Source: Rickettsiales bacterium
Lineage (GTDB): Bacteria > Pseudomonadota > Alphaproteobacteria > Rickettsiales > JABCZZ01
Reading direction: 5' to 3'
Length of the DNA stretch: 64,000 nt
Assembly (NCBI GenBank): GCA_035765535.1
Contig: DASTXE010000004.1
Coordinates: 189,137-253,136 of the forward strand
The notes under the pieces were generated by a model. That model did no database searches, had not been told where the DNA came from, and saw nothing but the letters and a program-made list of their open reading frames with translations. Position 1 is the stretch's first letter. Every line of letters begins with the position of its first letter. Both the position numbers and the translations under genes were made by a program. Below, piece by piece: positions 16,729 to 27,016 of this stretch.

Positions 16729-17663
16729 CATCCCCCGCCATCGCCATCAAAGACCTCCGCAAGACTTATAAAGACGGCAAAACCAACCAGCATAAAGAAG
16801 CCTTGAAAGGCATCACGCTCGAGATTCCGCGCGGTGCATTCTTCGGCCTGCTTGGCCCTAACGGCGCAGGCAAATCCACGCTCATCAACATCATGGCCGG
16901 GCTCACGAATAAGACCAGCGGCACGGTGGAAATCTGCGGGCACGACATCGTAAAAAATATGCGTGCCGCGCGCAGCTCCATCGGCGTAGTACCGCAGGAG
17001 CTGGTGCTGGACACTTTCTTCACCGTACGCCAGGCGCTGGAAATCACCGCGGGCTATTACGACGTTCCGGCTGCACAGCGCCGCACATCCGAAATCATCG
17101 AAGCGATGGGCCTGAGCGATAAAGCCGATATGCATCCGCGCAGGCTTTCCGGCGGCATGCGCCGCAGGCTGCTTATCGCCAAAGCGCTCGTGCATAGCCC
17201 GCAAGTGCTCGTGCTGGATGAACCGACTGCAGGCGTGGACGTGGAACTGCGCACGCAGCTCTGGGAGTATGTCAGGCAGCTTAACAAGCAGGGCACGACG
17301 ATCCTGCTCACCACGCACTATCTCGAAGAAGCCGAAGAGCTGTGCGACCAGATCGCCATCATCAATCACGGCGAAGTCATCGCCTGCGACCGCAAGCAGA
17401 AACTCATGAGCCAGTTTGACAGCAAACAGCTCACGCTGAAACTGACCACACCGCTCACAGCCATACCGGATGTGTTTGCGGATCTGAACGCGGCACTCAG
17501 TGAGGAAGGTGATCTCACGCTGCAATACCGCCCGAGCGAAGCCAATATCGAGGATATTCTGGGCCGCGTGCGCGCGTCCGGCTTAAGCATCCGCGACCTC
17601 GCCACGACCGAAGCCGACCTGCAGGATGTGTTCCAGCATCTGACACGCAAAAAGGTGGCCTAA
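16725..17663 (+). CDS. ABC-2-type ATP-binding protein (paralogue of 63-989) with no adjacent permease
   Basis: Start set at the ATG at 16725, which overlaps the ampG stop. Motifs: Walker A GPNGAGKST, signature LSGGMRRR, Walker B VLVLDEPT. Confidence 0.88.
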   Translation: MTSPAIAIKDLRKTYKDGKTNQHKEALKGITLEIPRGAFFGLLGPNGAGKSTLINIMAGLTNKTSGTVEICGHDIVKNMRAARSSIGVVPQELVLDTFFTVRQALEITAGYYDVPAAQRRTSEIIEAMGLSDKADMHPRRLSGGMRRRLLIAKALVHSPQVLVLDEPTAGVDVELRTQLWEYVRQLNKQGTTILLTTHYLEEAEELCDQIAIINHGEVIACDRKQKLMSQFDSKQLTLKLTTPLTAIPDVFADLNAALSEEGDLTLQYRPSEANIEDILGRVRASGLSIRDLATTEADLQDVFQHLTRKKVA

Positions 17664-17664
17664 A

Positions 17665-18846
17665 TTGACGGAGGTTCGTTGGCAGGAACGCGTCAGCATA
17701 AAACCACGCCATATGTTAATTCTCGATTCCGGCCAAGGCGAGATGACGGAAATCGCGCTGCATCGTGCGTTTACCGAGCGTGGACACACAGTAACCTATG
17801 CACACTGGGACAGCGGCAGATTATCCCTTGTTCGGGAAAGAGGGGTTACCTATCTCACACAAGATGCGTACGAAACCAAAGTACACGATTATTCCGCCTC
17901 ATTATCCGGGATCTCAGATACCGCCAGACAATCCAAAGCCGCCTTACTATTGAAGGTGGAAGCTGAAATAGATAACCCAACAGAAGATTTCACCGTAACG
18001 CGGCGCGGGGACGGGCTTTATGTCAGGTATCCGTCTTTTAAGATAGATGTCCGCGACATTGATGGCTTTATGCATGTCGCATCAGGCCATGAAAACGGCG
18101 CCACCATTAATCAGGTACTGGACTTTCGGGAAAAGCTGGAAGGGGCCGGTATCATCCCTCTCAATAAGGCTGCTGATTCACGTGTTGCAGAAAGCAAATT
18201 GCAAACACAGGAATTGTTTGAAGCTAATGGCATTCCCACGCCCAAAAGCCTTTGCTTTCGTCAGGAAGGTAAAGTGTTTCCGAAAGAACCGTACAGAAAA
18301 CAGCTGGAAGGAATGGGAGCACATGAATGGGTGGTGAAAGCCGAATACGCCTCTCATGGGGAAGGAAATTTTTATACCTCTTCCGTCGATGAAGCATTGG
18401 AGCATATGCAACGCCTGATGGCGGAAGGCAACAACGTCGTGGTACAGGAAAAAATACCGGGCAGAACCGGAGACTCGAAATCACCCAACTTCCGTCTTGC
18501 CGTGATAAAGGGAGAAAAAGAAGGGGATGAGAAAGTGATAGGCGGATACTACACTGTTTTTCCTGAAGGCAGTCAGTATATTCCTACGCATGAAATGGAC
18601 TTCTCGCAGGCGCAATACGATCTTGCCATACGCATTGCACGACTGTCCAAGTTGGATCATGTAGCGGTAGATATGGGCGGCCGGGGAGAAACCATGGAAG
18701 AAATTAAGGCAAATCCCGTAGCATTTGAAATGAACCCTGCGGGAGCCTTATGGGTACATCAATTTCATGGACAAAATTCCATGTTGAAAACGATTAAGCA
18801 CTTTGAACAGAAGATTGAGAAGCAAAGAATACACGCGCTGTCATAA
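17665..18846 (+). CDS. ATP-grasp fold protein (RimK-like), function unknown
   Basis: 393 aa with a TTG start 1 nt after the ABC stop. ATP-grasp-like spacing: GIPTPKS ... EWVVKAEYASHGEGNF ... VVVQEKIPG ... FRLAVIKG ... AFEMNPAG. Confidence 0.5.
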   Translation: MTEVRWQERVSIKPRHMLILDSGQGEMTEIALHRAFTERGHTVTYAHWDSGRLSLVRERGVTYLTQDAYETKVHDYSASLSGISDTARQSKAALLLKVEAEIDNPTEDFTVTRRGDGLYVRYPSFKIDVRDIDGFMHVASGHENGATINQVLDFREKLEGAGIIPLNKAADSRVAESKLQTQELFEANGIPTPKSLCFRQEGKVFPKEPYRKQLEGMGAHEWVVKAEYASHGEGNFYTSSVDEALEHMQRLMAEGNNVVVQEKIPGRTGDSKSPNFRLAVIKGEKEGDEKVIGGYYTVFPEGSQYIPTHEMDFSQAQYDLAIRIARLSKLDHVAVDMGGRGETMEEIKANPVAFEMNPAGALWVHQFHGQNSMLKTIKHFEQKIEKQRIHALS

Positions 18847-18852
18847 TAAATT

Positions 18853-19749
18853 TCACCGCCCCGCCTGCCGATACTGAGACCGGGAAAGCCTGGCTGCCCA
18901 TTGCTGCCGCTCTATAATCCCCAACCGCTCCGCCACGTCTGGCGGCATACGGCAGACACCCTGCCCTATCAGGCCTTTGGCACCGCGCGGCGGCTCCATG
19001 ATATCACCCGCAGGCACGATCGTCACTTTCTGATCGCCCAGCGCAATTACCCGGGCACTGCTGATCACACGGTCCCGCCATTTCTTCCATCTGCCATATT
19101 CCACTTCGCCTTTGCGAGCCATTGCCTCTAATCCATCGCGCCGGTATTCATCCACCAATGCAGAAAAACTATAGATATTTTCCTGCTGGTCCGGTGAATT
19201 AATATATCCGTCAATATAACAGCAGGCCTTGTGTTCCTTATCATTCTCGAATGCAAGCAAATCTATCTTCTCGACAAGTTTCAGAAGTTCTGGGGCTTCC
19301 TCTTCGGGATGCAGCGTATCCCATGTAATTCTGGCACCCGACTTATACCGGTCGAACACAACACTGAAATCGGCATTATCCTCATGCTCGCGCAGTAATG
19401 CCGTAAGATTGGAATGCGCCGTATCATGATGGTCGAATATCCGTACTTTGTGGCCCTGCTCTAATAACTCCCCTATGATGGCCGTATCGTTAGGCACATA
19501 GTCGATAAAATAGATTTCCTTGCTACCCTGTACGCTTTCAAGCGTCCGCTCAATAACCTGCCTATCGTTCCCCTTCTCCGTTCCAAAACGCTCATAACCG
19601 CCCGGACGATAGATAAAATTATTGGCAGGATTATGGTCAATCCCCTGGCAATGCACTTCGGAATTGGGAAACGCTTCCTGCACGGCCCACGCGCTGGCTG
19701 CCCCATCAATGCAAGGGTAATGGCAAAATACGATTTTAGAGGCAAGCAT
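18853..19749 (-). CDS. DHH-superfamily phosphoesterase-like protein
   Basis: 298 aa. CHYPCIDGAASAW resembles DHH motifs I/II and IFDHHDT resembles the DHH motif III. Confidence 0.45.
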   Translation of the reverse strand: MLASKIVFCHYPCIDGAASAWAVQEAFPNSEVHCQGIDHNPANNFIYRPGGYERFGTEKGNDRQVIERTLESVQGSKEIYFIDYVPNDTAIIGELLEQGHKVRIFDHHDTAHSNLTALLREHEDNADFSVVFDRYKSGARITWDTLHPEEEAPELLKLVEKIDLLAFENDKEHKACCYIDGYINSPDQQENIYSFSALVDEYRRDGLEAMARKGEVEYGRWKKWRDRVISSARVIALGDQKVTIVPAGDIMEPPRGAKGLIGQGVCRMPPDVAERLGIIERQQWAARLSRSQYRQAGR

Positions 19750-19779
19750 AAGCTACTTCAGCACGCATAGCAGACTCTA

Positions 19780-21399
19780 TTACATGCCGGAGTAAACCGG
19801 ACCGCCACCGCCCTCAGGCGGAGTCCAGACGATATTGCGCTCAGGGTCCTTGATATCGCAGGTCTTGCAATGCACGCAATTCTGCGCGTTGATCTGCAGG
19901 CGCGTTTTATCCCCTTCCGTCACGATCTCATAGACACCTGCCGGGCAATAACGCTGCGCAGGCTCGGCATAGACCGGAAGATTAACCCCCACCGGAATAC
20001 TCGCATCTTTCAGCCACAGATGCACAGGCTGGTTTTCTTCATGATTCGTGTTGGAAAGATAGACGGATGACATACGATCGAACGTCAGCACGCCATCCGG
20101 TTTAGGGTAATGAATGGGCTTGCACTGCGCAGCAGGTTTAAGCGCGGAATAATCCGGCTTATGGTGCAATGTCCACGGTGCTTTCCCGCCCAGCAGATAC
20201 GTATCGAGCGCCGAATAGAGCAGCCCGCGCAACAGTCCTTTATGGAAGGAAGGACGGATATTGCGCACCTTGTAGAGCTCCTCGAACACCCAGGAAGCCT
20301 TCAGCTTCGCTTCATAGTCCGCGAGCGGCGCATTCACCGCCAGATGCGCAAACACCGCTTCCGCCGCGCACATGGCCGATTTCATGGCTGTATGCGTTCC
20401 CTTGACTTTCGGCACATTCATAAAGCCCGCCGCACAGCCAATCAGTGCACCGCCCGGAAATGCAAGCCCCGGTACGGATTGGTAACCGCCCTCGTTCAGC
20501 GCACGTGCACCGTAAGCGATGCGTTTGCCGCCTTCCAGCAGGCGTTCCACGAACGGATGCGTTTTGAAACGCTGGAACTCCTGGAACGGATCGAGATATG
20601 GATTACTGTAATCAAGCCCTGTCACCAGCCCGATAGCAATGCGGTTCCCGGCAGCATGATAGATAAACGATCCGCCATATGTATCGTGCGATAACGGCCA
20701 GCCCACTGTATGAATTACTTTGCCCGCTCTATGTTTGGCAGGATCGATTTCCCATAATTCCTTGATGCCGATCGCATAAGTCTGCGGGTCGCAATCTTTA
20801 CGCAATGCAAATTGCTTCATAATACGCTCTGACAGCGAACCGCGGCATCCTTCCGCAAGCAACGTCACACGCCCGCGTATTTCCATGGCTGGCTGGTAAG
20901 ACGGTTTATGGCTGCCATCTTTCGCCACACCGAATTCACCTGTCAGCACCCCCGCCAGCGCACCTTTTTCGATCAGCAGATCCGCTGCCGTGAAACCGGG
21001 GAAAATCTGGACGCCAAGCGCTTCCGCCTCTTTGCCAAGCCAGCGGCAGAAATCACTGAGACTTACAACATAATTGCCCTTGTTATGCATTTGCGGCGGG
21101 GTTGGCATGCGCCATGCATGATCTTCCGTAAGAAAGCGGAATTCATCTTTGGTAACAGGGGTGGAAAGCGGATGATCGCGGTTTTTCCAGTCGGGCATTA
21201 ATTCATCGAGCGCTCTCGTTTCAAGCACCGCCCCGGCAAGAATATGCGCCCCCACTTCAGCGCCCTTTTCCAGTACGCAGACCGAAATATCTCTCCCCCC
21301 ATGGGCGGCCAGTTGGCGCAATTTGATCGCAGCGGAAAGCCCGGCAGGTCCCGCGCCGACAATAACTACATCGAATTCCATCCGTTCACGTGCCGTCAT
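19780..21399 (-). CDS. electron-transfer flavoprotein:ubiquinone oxidoreductase (ETF-QO)
   Basis: 539 aa with FAD motif VVIVGAGPAGLSAA, a C-terminal 4Fe-4S motif CVHCKTCDIKDP and the ending EGGGGPVYSGM. Confidence 0.92.
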   Translation of the reverse strand: MTARERMEFDVVIVGAGPAGLSAAIKLRQLAAHGGRDISVCVLEKGAEVGAHILAGAVLETRALDELMPDWKNRDHPLSTPVTKDEFRFLTEDHAWRMPTPPQMHNKGNYVVSLSDFCRWLGKEAEALGVQIFPGFTAADLLIEKGALAGVLTGEFGVAKDGSHKPSYQPAMEIRGRVTLLAEGCRGSLSERIMKQFALRKDCDPQTYAIGIKELWEIDPAKHRAGKVIHTVGWPLSHDTYGGSFIYHAAGNRIAIGLVTGLDYSNPYLDPFQEFQRFKTHPFVERLLEGGKRIAYGARALNEGGYQSVPGLAFPGGALIGCAAGFMNVPKVKGTHTAMKSAMCAAEAVFAHLAVNAPLADYEAKLKASWVFEELYKVRNIRPSFHKGLLRGLLYSALDTYLLGGKAPWTLHHKPDYSALKPAAQCKPIHYPKPDGVLTFDRMSSVYLSNTNHEENQPVHLWLKDASIPVGVNLPVYAEPAQRYCPAGVYEIVTEGDKTRLQINAQNCVHCKTCDIKDPERNIVWTPPEGGGGPVYSGM

Positions 21400-21629
21400 T
21401 TTCGCGCCCCCCCTTGTTATTGCCCACTGTTTGATCCTATATTATACGGTAGAGTTTTCAATCTATAGGTGCATGAAAAAGAAAGAAAAAAGGAAAAAAA
21501 GCACCGGAGTAACGAATTATCAAGCTTTGGTTAGTAGTTTGTTAATCATTGAATGGCATAATCAGTCTTAAGACGAATAAAGCCTTAATAAATTAAAAAA
21601 GACTGTAATCGCCAGAGGAGAATAGACCG

Positions 21630-23975
21630 ATGCTGTCCAAGAATCTTGAATCAACGCTGCATAACGCCATCAACGTGGCCAAGGGATACAGGCATGAATA
21701 TGCCACCCTGGAACACTTGCTGTTTGCGCTGACCGAAGATCAGGATGCCCTCTCCGTAATGCGCGGTTGCGGGATCAATATCACGGATCTGCGCAAATCG
21801 CTGACCGATTTCCTGGAAAACGACCTGACCTCGCTGATCGTTGAGGATCTGGATGAAGCACAGCCGACCGCTGGCTTCCAACGTGTGGTTCATCGTGCAG
21901 CCATTCATGTACAGTCCGCTGGCAAGAGTGAAGTAACCGGCGCCAACGTGCTGGTGGCTATTTTCTCCGAACGCGAATCCCATGCAGTATATTTCCTGCA
22001 GGAGCATGACATCAACCGCCTCGACGTGGTGAATTATATCTCGCACGGCATCGTCAAATACGGCGACTTTCAGCGCACCGGCGTGCCTTCCGTCAGCCAT
22101 AAGCATTTGAGCGAAGAAGAACAGGAAGAGCATATTGCAAGCGCTTCCATCGGTGGCAAGGAAAAGGAAACCGCAGGCGACGCGATCAGCCAGTACTGTG
22201 TGAACCTGAACAAGAAAGCCGCTTCCGGCAAAATCGACATTCTGGTCGGCCGCGAAGAGGAAATCGAACGCACGATCCAGGTGCTCTGCCGCCGCACGAA
22301 GAACAACCCGCTTTACGTCGGTGAAGCAGGCGTGGGCAAAACCGCCATCGCCGAAGGCCTCGCACTGCGCATCGTCCGCAACGAAGTGCCGGATGTACTG
22401 AAAAACGCCGTCATCTTTGCACTCGATATGGGCAACCTGCTCGCAGGCACCCGTTACCGCGGCGATTTTGAAGAACGCATGAAAGGCGTAATCAAGGAAA
22501 TCGAAAAACTGCCGGGCGCAATCCTGTTCATCGACGAAATGCATGGCATCGTCGGCGCGGGCTCCACCAGCGGCGGCGCGCTCGATGCGTGCAACCTGCT
22601 GAAACCGGCTCTGGCCCGCAGCGCCTTCCGCTGCATCGGCTCCACGACGCATAAGGAATACCGCAACTATATCGAAAAAGACCGCGCCCTCGCTCGTCGC
22701 TTCCAGAAGATCGACGTGGCAGAACCGACCGTCGACAATACGATCAAGATTCTGCGCGGCCTGAAACCGTACTACGAAGCGCATCACCATGTGCGTTACA
22801 CCGGAAGCGCCATCAAGGCGGCTGTGGAACTGTCGCATCGCTATATCCACGACCGCAAGCTGCCGGACAAAGCTATCGACGTGCTTGACGAAGCAGGCGC
22901 AGCCCAGATGCTGCTGCCGGAAGCCAAGCGCCGCAAGACCATCACGGCCCGCGAAGTCGAAGAAATCGTCGCCAAGGTGGCACGCATGCCCGCCAAGTCC
23001 ATCAGCCTGGACGATGCCGAAATGCTGCGCACGCTGGAGAAGAAACTAAAACTCACCGTATTCGGCCAGGACAAGGCGATCGAAGCCCTCTCCAGCGCTA
23101 TCAAAATGGCCCGTGCGGGACTGCGCGAAGAAGGCAAGCCTATCGGTAACTACCTCTTCACCGGCCCGACCGGTGTGGGCAAGACCGAAGTGGCCCAGCA
23201 GCTCGCTGTCGCCATGGGCATGGAGCTGATCCGCTTCGATATGTCCGAATATATGGAAAAACATGCTGTCTCCCGTTTGATCGGCGCTCCTCCGGGCTAT
23301 GTCGGTTACGAACAGGGCGGCCTGTTGACCGATGCAATCGACAAGACGCCTTACGCTGTCGTGCTGCTCGACGAAATCGAAAAAGCACATCAGGATATCT
23401 ATAACCTGCTGCTGCAGGTCATGGATTACGGCAAACTGACGGATAATAACGGCAAGACTGTGGACTTCCGCAACGTAGTGCTCATCATGACGAGCAACGC
23501 AGGCGCATTCGACATGAGCAAACCCGCCATGGGCTTTGGCCGCGAAGAACGCGAAGGCGAAGACAAGGAAGCGATCAACCGCATGTTCATGCCGGAATTC
23601 CGCAACCGTCTGGACGCAATCATCGGCTTCGACCACCTGACGCCGGAAGTGATCCAGAATGTCGTCAACAAGTTCATCTTCAGGCTGGAATCGCAGCTTG
23701 CAGACCGCAACGTAACCATCGTGCTCTCCGACGCAGCCCGCGCATGGCTTGCCGAAAAAGGTTACGACAAGCAGAACGGCGCAAGACCTCTTGGCCGCCT
23801 GATTGCGGAAAAGATCAAGAAGCCGATGGCGGACGAAGTGCTGTTCGGCAAGCTTGCCAAAGGCGGCGAAGCCCGCATCGACGTCGACGAGAGTGGCGAG
23901 TTGACATTTGAATATAAGAAAGCGACCGGTGCCGCATCCCGCGATGCAGCTCAGGACGAAGACGAACTGGTCTGA
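21630..23975 (+). CDS. clpA: ATP-dependent Clp protease ATP-binding subunit ClpA
   Basis: 781 aa with a Clp N-domain and two AAA modules ([18 protein letters not shown]). Confidence 0.95.
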   Translation: MLSKNLESTLHNAINVAKGYRHEYATLEHLLFALTEDQDALSVMRGCGINITDLRKSLTDFLENDLTSLIVEDLDEAQPTAGFQRVVHRAAIHVQSAGKSEVTGANVLVAIFSERESHAVYFLQEHDINRLDVVNYISHGIVKYGDFQRTGVPSVSHKHLSEEEQEEHIASASIGGKEKETAGDAISQYCVNLNKKAASGKIDILVGREEEIERTIQVLCRRTKNNPLYVGEAGVGKTAIAEGLALRIVRNEVPDVLKNAVIFALDMGNLLAGTRYRGDFEERMKGVIKEIEKLPGAILFIDEMHGIVGAGSTSGGALDACNLLKPALARSAFRCIGSTTHKEYRNYIEKDRALARRFQKIDVAEPTVDNTIKILRGLKPYYEAHHHVRYTGSAIKAAVELSHRYIHDRKLPDKAIDVLDEAGAAQMLLPEAKRRKTITAREVEEIVAKVARMPAKSISLDDAEMLRTLEKKLKLTVFGQDKAIEALSSAIKMARAGLREEGKPIGNYLFTGPTGVGKTEVAQQLAVAMGMELIRFDMSEYMEKHAVSRLIGAPPGYVGYEQGGLLTDAIDKTPYAVVLLDEIEKAHQDIYNLLLQVMDYGKLTDNNGKTVDFRNVVLIMTSNAGAFDMSKPAMGFGREEREGEDKEAINRMFMPEFRNRLDAIIGFDHLTPEVIQNVVNKFIFRLESQLADRNVTIVLSDAARAWLAEKGYDKQNGARPLGRLIAEKIKKPMADEVLFGKLAKGGEARIDVDESGELTFEYKKATGAASRDAAQDEDELV

Positions 23976-24003
23976 TCCGCTTTCAATGAGTTCCTTTTTG
24001 GGG

Positions 24004-24032
24004 AAAGGCCTTGCTCACGCAGGGCCTTTTTT
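24004..24032 (+). terminator. rho-independent terminator of clpA
   Basis: aaaggccttgc-tcac-gcagggccttt forms an 11-bp stem (one G-T) with a 4-nt loop. It runs into a T tract (tttttt) 29 nt after the clpA stop. Confidence 0.8.
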
Positions 24033-24171
24033 CTTACACAACAAGCTGAATTGTAATGATATTTTCACAAATTTTCTTGTGCATATTTGTGCCTTAATGA
24101 TACAATAGAAATGCTAGCCCAAATCTTTTGGATCACCCCTAACAATCCTTAAGAGATGGCTGCGCCACGCT

Positions 24172-24573
24172 ATGCAAGTTGCGTGGAGTTTCACCAGTTC
24201 AATGTGTGGACCGCAAGGTCCGGGCAGAAAGTTGGTACAGTTGAACCCCTCGTTCGACGAACATCCTCTCAGCGCGTTATTCTGCTATGAGGATGGACCG
24301 GAGCATCTCATGAAGCTCCTGGATTCTCCGGAAGCAACGGAGTCAATGGAACTGGCATGCCGCGCCTACCTCAGGCGTGACATCACCAGCACCCGCGAGC
24401 ACTTAGTATCAGCGCACGGATGCGTTGGTATGGCTGTCACGGATGACCTGCTCTCGATCCTTCGCCCTCTTCTGGACGAGTTCGCTGATGACCACGACAT
24501 GGACCACGACGATCCAGTCACCAGCGTTACCAACTCGTTCGCAGAGGACGCGAGGAACAGTTCCGTTCTCTGA
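24172..24573 (+). CDS. hypothetical small acidic protein
   Basis: 133-aa ORF with no motif. It is the only sizeable ORF between the clpA terminator and the AraC-family gene. Confidence 0.3.
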   Translation: MQVAWSFTSSMCGPQGPGRKLVQLNPSFDEHPLSALFCYEDGPEHLMKLLDSPEATESMELACRAYLRRDITSTREHLVSAHGCVGMAVTDDLLSILRPLLDEFADDHDMDHDDPVTSVTNSFAEDARNSSVL

Positions 24574-24739
24574 TGCGGAAGGAACCATAGCGACCGCATG
24601 AATTAAGGCGGCCGTGCACCAAGCCGGAGCTGCTACTGACTTCCCTCGGGAAGCGCAGGGCAGCTTCGGTACCGCAATACATAAAGCTATTTCATCTCGC
24701 GCATGCTATAGTGATCTTCATACGATATGAATCATCCTT

Positions 24740-25510
24740 ATGCAGATCGAACGATTCTCCCCCAGTGCCAGACTTGCCCCTTTCGTAAAAGCTTTTATCC
24801 ATGTGCAAAGTCTAAATGGCATGGAAAACCGCATCCTGCCCGATACTTCGCTCATCCTGGCCTTCCGGCTCAAAGGCGCCGTACATCACCTGCATCAAAA
24901 TTCCGCTGAACTTATCCCTGCAAGCGTCGTCAGCGGCTTGCGCTCAGCCGCGCGCCTGATAGGCTACGCACCGGGAAGCAACATGCTGCTTGTGATGTTT
25001 CGCGAAGGCGGCGCGGCAGCTTTCTTTAAGGAACCATTGCACCGCTTCTTTGCATCTTCGATAGCACTGCAGGATATTTCAGGTATCCCGGCAGGCGAAA
25101 TGGAAGCAAGACTCGCGGAAGCCAAAACCGCCCGTAGTGCTGTTGCCATCATTGAACATTTCCTGTTCACTCTCCTGAAAGAAAATACGCCCGATAAACT
25201 CGTTCATGAAGCCATGCGCCGCATTCGGGAAGCAGGCGGCATCATTCGCATCCGCGACCTCGCAGCCTCTCTCAATATCAGCCTTGATCCATTCGAGAAA
25301 CGTTTTCGCCAAACCGTCGGAAGTTCTCCCAAGCAATTTGCCGAAACCGTCCGCCTGCGAAAGCTGATCGAAAATCGCACGGAAGCCCAGACCTTGACCG
25401 AAATAGCCTATGAGGCGGGTTATTTTGACCAGTCCCACTTCACCCGGCGCTTTAAAACCTTTACGGGCCAAACGCCCACAGAATTTTTCCAGTCCCCACC
25501 GCATTGGTAG
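24740..25510 (+). CDS. AraC-family transcriptional regulator
   Basis: 256 aa. The C-terminal double HTH (IRDLAASLNISLDPFEKRFRQTVG ... EIAYEAGYFDQSHFTRRFKTFTGQTP) is typical of AraC/XylS. Confidence 0.85.
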   Translation: MQIERFSPSARLAPFVKAFIHVQSLNGMENRILPDTSLILAFRLKGAVHHLHQNSAELIPASVVSGLRSAARLIGYAPGSNMLLVMFREGGAAAFFKEPLHRFFASSIALQDISGIPAGEMEARLAEAKTARSAVAIIEHFLFTLLKENTPDKLVHEAMRRIREAGGIIRIRDLAASLNISLDPFEKRFRQTVGSSPKQFAETVRLRKLIENRTEAQTLTEIAYEAGYFDQSHFTRRFKTFTGQTPTEFFQSPPHW

Positions 25511-25613
25511 TATATCCGTCATCACGAGCCGTCAAAATCAATGATTTTATACAATCGCACAAAGCGAGCCACGCCTAATTTGTAAGTACCACCATCTTTA
25601 AAGGAACTTACTT

Positions 25614-26012
25614 ATGACGACGAAAAATATCGCCACCGCACTGCAATTCTGGGACTTCATCAATACAAGGCAGTTTGATAGACTCGAAGCCCTGCTCTCC
25701 CGTTCCCTGATCAGCGAAAAGGATAAAACCTATGAAACGATCCTGAACGATTTGCGCATGTTCAGCGGAGGATTCGCCGATCTGCATTTTCGCATCGACC
25801 ACACTTTCTGCGAAGGACAGGAAGTCGCCGTGCGCTGGACCATGACCGGCACGCACACTGCTCCTTTCGGCCCCTACAAACAAGCCACCGGCAATAAGGT
25901 CGACCATCAAGGCATCTCACTATTCAAAGTAGAAAACGGCAAAATCACCGAATTCTGGCCCGGCTCCGACCGTCTGCGTGTCTCACAGCAGCTCGGCGGC
26001 GTTCCGCAGTGA
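25614..26012 (+). CDS. SnoaL-like (ester cyclase / NTF2-fold) protein
   Basis: 132 aa. The pattern ...RWTMTGTHTAPFGPYKQATGNKVDHQGISLFKVENGKITEFW is typical of predicted ester cyclases. Confidence 0.7.
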   Translation: MTTKNIATALQFWDFINTRQFDRLEALLSRSLISEKDKTYETILNDLRMFSGGFADLHFRIDHTFCEGQEVAVRWTMTGTHTAPFGPYKQATGNKVDHQGISLFKVENGKITEFWPGSDRLRVSQQLGGVPQ

Positions 26013-26023
26013 CAAGCAGACTT

Positions 26024-26140
26024 AAAACTTTCAGAGCGTTGCGAAAACGCCGGAACATGAGAACCGGAGCGGAGCGTACATCAGTACGTGAGCACCGGAA
26101 GCGCTATGTTCCGGTGTTTGCAGCACGCTATCAAAGTTTT
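26024..26140. repeat. palindromic element B, copy 1 (~117 nt imperfect palindrome)
   Basis: The arms are complementary at 28 of 35 positions (hand count). The core gaaccggagcggagcgtacatcagtacgtgagcaccggaag is shared with 54150-54275. Confidence 0.8.
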
Positions 26141-26141
26141 A

Positions 26142-27014
26142 CTAAGGCCATTTCACTTCGGGGGGAAGCGACATCAAAATCGCCTCCGTATTACCGCCCG
26201 TCATAATGCCAAAGCGCGTGCCGCGATCATACAGCAGATTGAACTCCACATAACGCCCGCGACGCACGAGTTGGTGCTCGCGCTGCTCCTTCGTCCACAC
26301 CTTGTTCATATGGCGGTATACGAGCTGCGGATAGATGCTATGGAACGCTTCACCGACACTGCGCGTGAAAGCGAAATCTTTTTCGAATTTACCCGTGTTC
26401 AGATAATCATAGAAAATACCGCCGACACCGCGCGGTTCACCCCGGTGCTTGAGAAAGAAATATTCATCGCACCATTTCTTATACTTTTCGTAGTAATCCG
26501 GCGAAGCCGCATCGCACGCAGCCTTAAATGCCGCGTGGAAATCATGTGTATCCTGCTCGTCCGGGAACATGGGGGTCAGGTCAGCCCCGCCGCCGAACCA
26601 GAAGGAAGATGCTCCTAAGCATCCTTCTCTCTCGCTCACCACAATCATACGCGTATTCATATGTACCGCAGGCACAAGCGGCGACTGCTGATGCGCCACG
26701 AGTGAAATGCCGCTCGCCCAGAAATACGGCTTCTCGGATGCCCCGGGAACTTCCTTGCGCATGGTTTCGGAAAATTCGCCATGCACGGTGGAGATATTCA
26801 CGCCGACCTTCTCGAACACGCGCCCGCGCATGATGGACATTTCCCCGCCACCACCGCCTTCACGCTGCCATGGCGTGCGCTCGAACTTGCCAGCAACACG
26901 ATCGCTATACGGTCCACTCAGTTCCCCCTCAATCGCTTCGAACGTACCGCATATCCGGTCGCGCAATGCGCGGAACCATGCGGTAGCCTGTTCTTGCTGA
27001 GAGCGAATATCCAT
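26142..27014 (-). CDS. hemF: oxygen-dependent coproporphyrinogen III oxidase
   Basis: 290 aa. The HemF-type sequence includes [10 protein letters not shown] and [15 protein letters not shown]. Confidence 0.92.
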   Translation of the reverse strand: MDIRSQQEQATAWFRALRDRICGTFEAIEGELSGPYSDRVAGKFERTPWQREGGGGGEMSIMRGRVFEKVGVNISTVHGEFSETMRKEVPGASEKPYFWASGISLVAHQQSPLVPAVHMNTRMIVVSEREGCLGASSFWFGGGADLTPMFPDEQDTHDFHAAFKAACDAASPDYYEKYKKWCDEYFFLKHRGEPRGVGGIFYDYLNTGKFEKDFAFTRSVGEAFHSIYPQLVYRHMNKVWTKEQREHQLVRRGRYVEFNLLYDRGTRFGIMTGGNTEAILMSLPPEVKWP

Positions 27015-27016
27015 GC

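Noticed and set aside
16545-17525. 326-aa ORF antisense to the ampG end and the second ABC ATPase
   Set aside because: Shadow ORF. The + strand genes carry unambiguous Walker and signature motifs.
21323-21571. 82-aa ORF upstream of clpA as a candidate clpS
   Set aside because: The sequence has no resemblance to ClpS, starts inside the ETF-QO coding region, and runs through a low-complexity Lys-rich tract.
21651-22850. 399-aa ORF antisense to clpA (plus others at 23046-23636)
   Set aside because: Shadow ORFs within an unmistakable clpA.
24610-24680. Nested hairpin (ccggagctgc ... gcagcttcgg enclosing cttcc-ctc-ggaag) as a member of repeat families A or B
   Set aside because: It shares no sequence with either family. 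It is probably just a terminator-like structure after the 133-aa ORF, and no U-tract follows.
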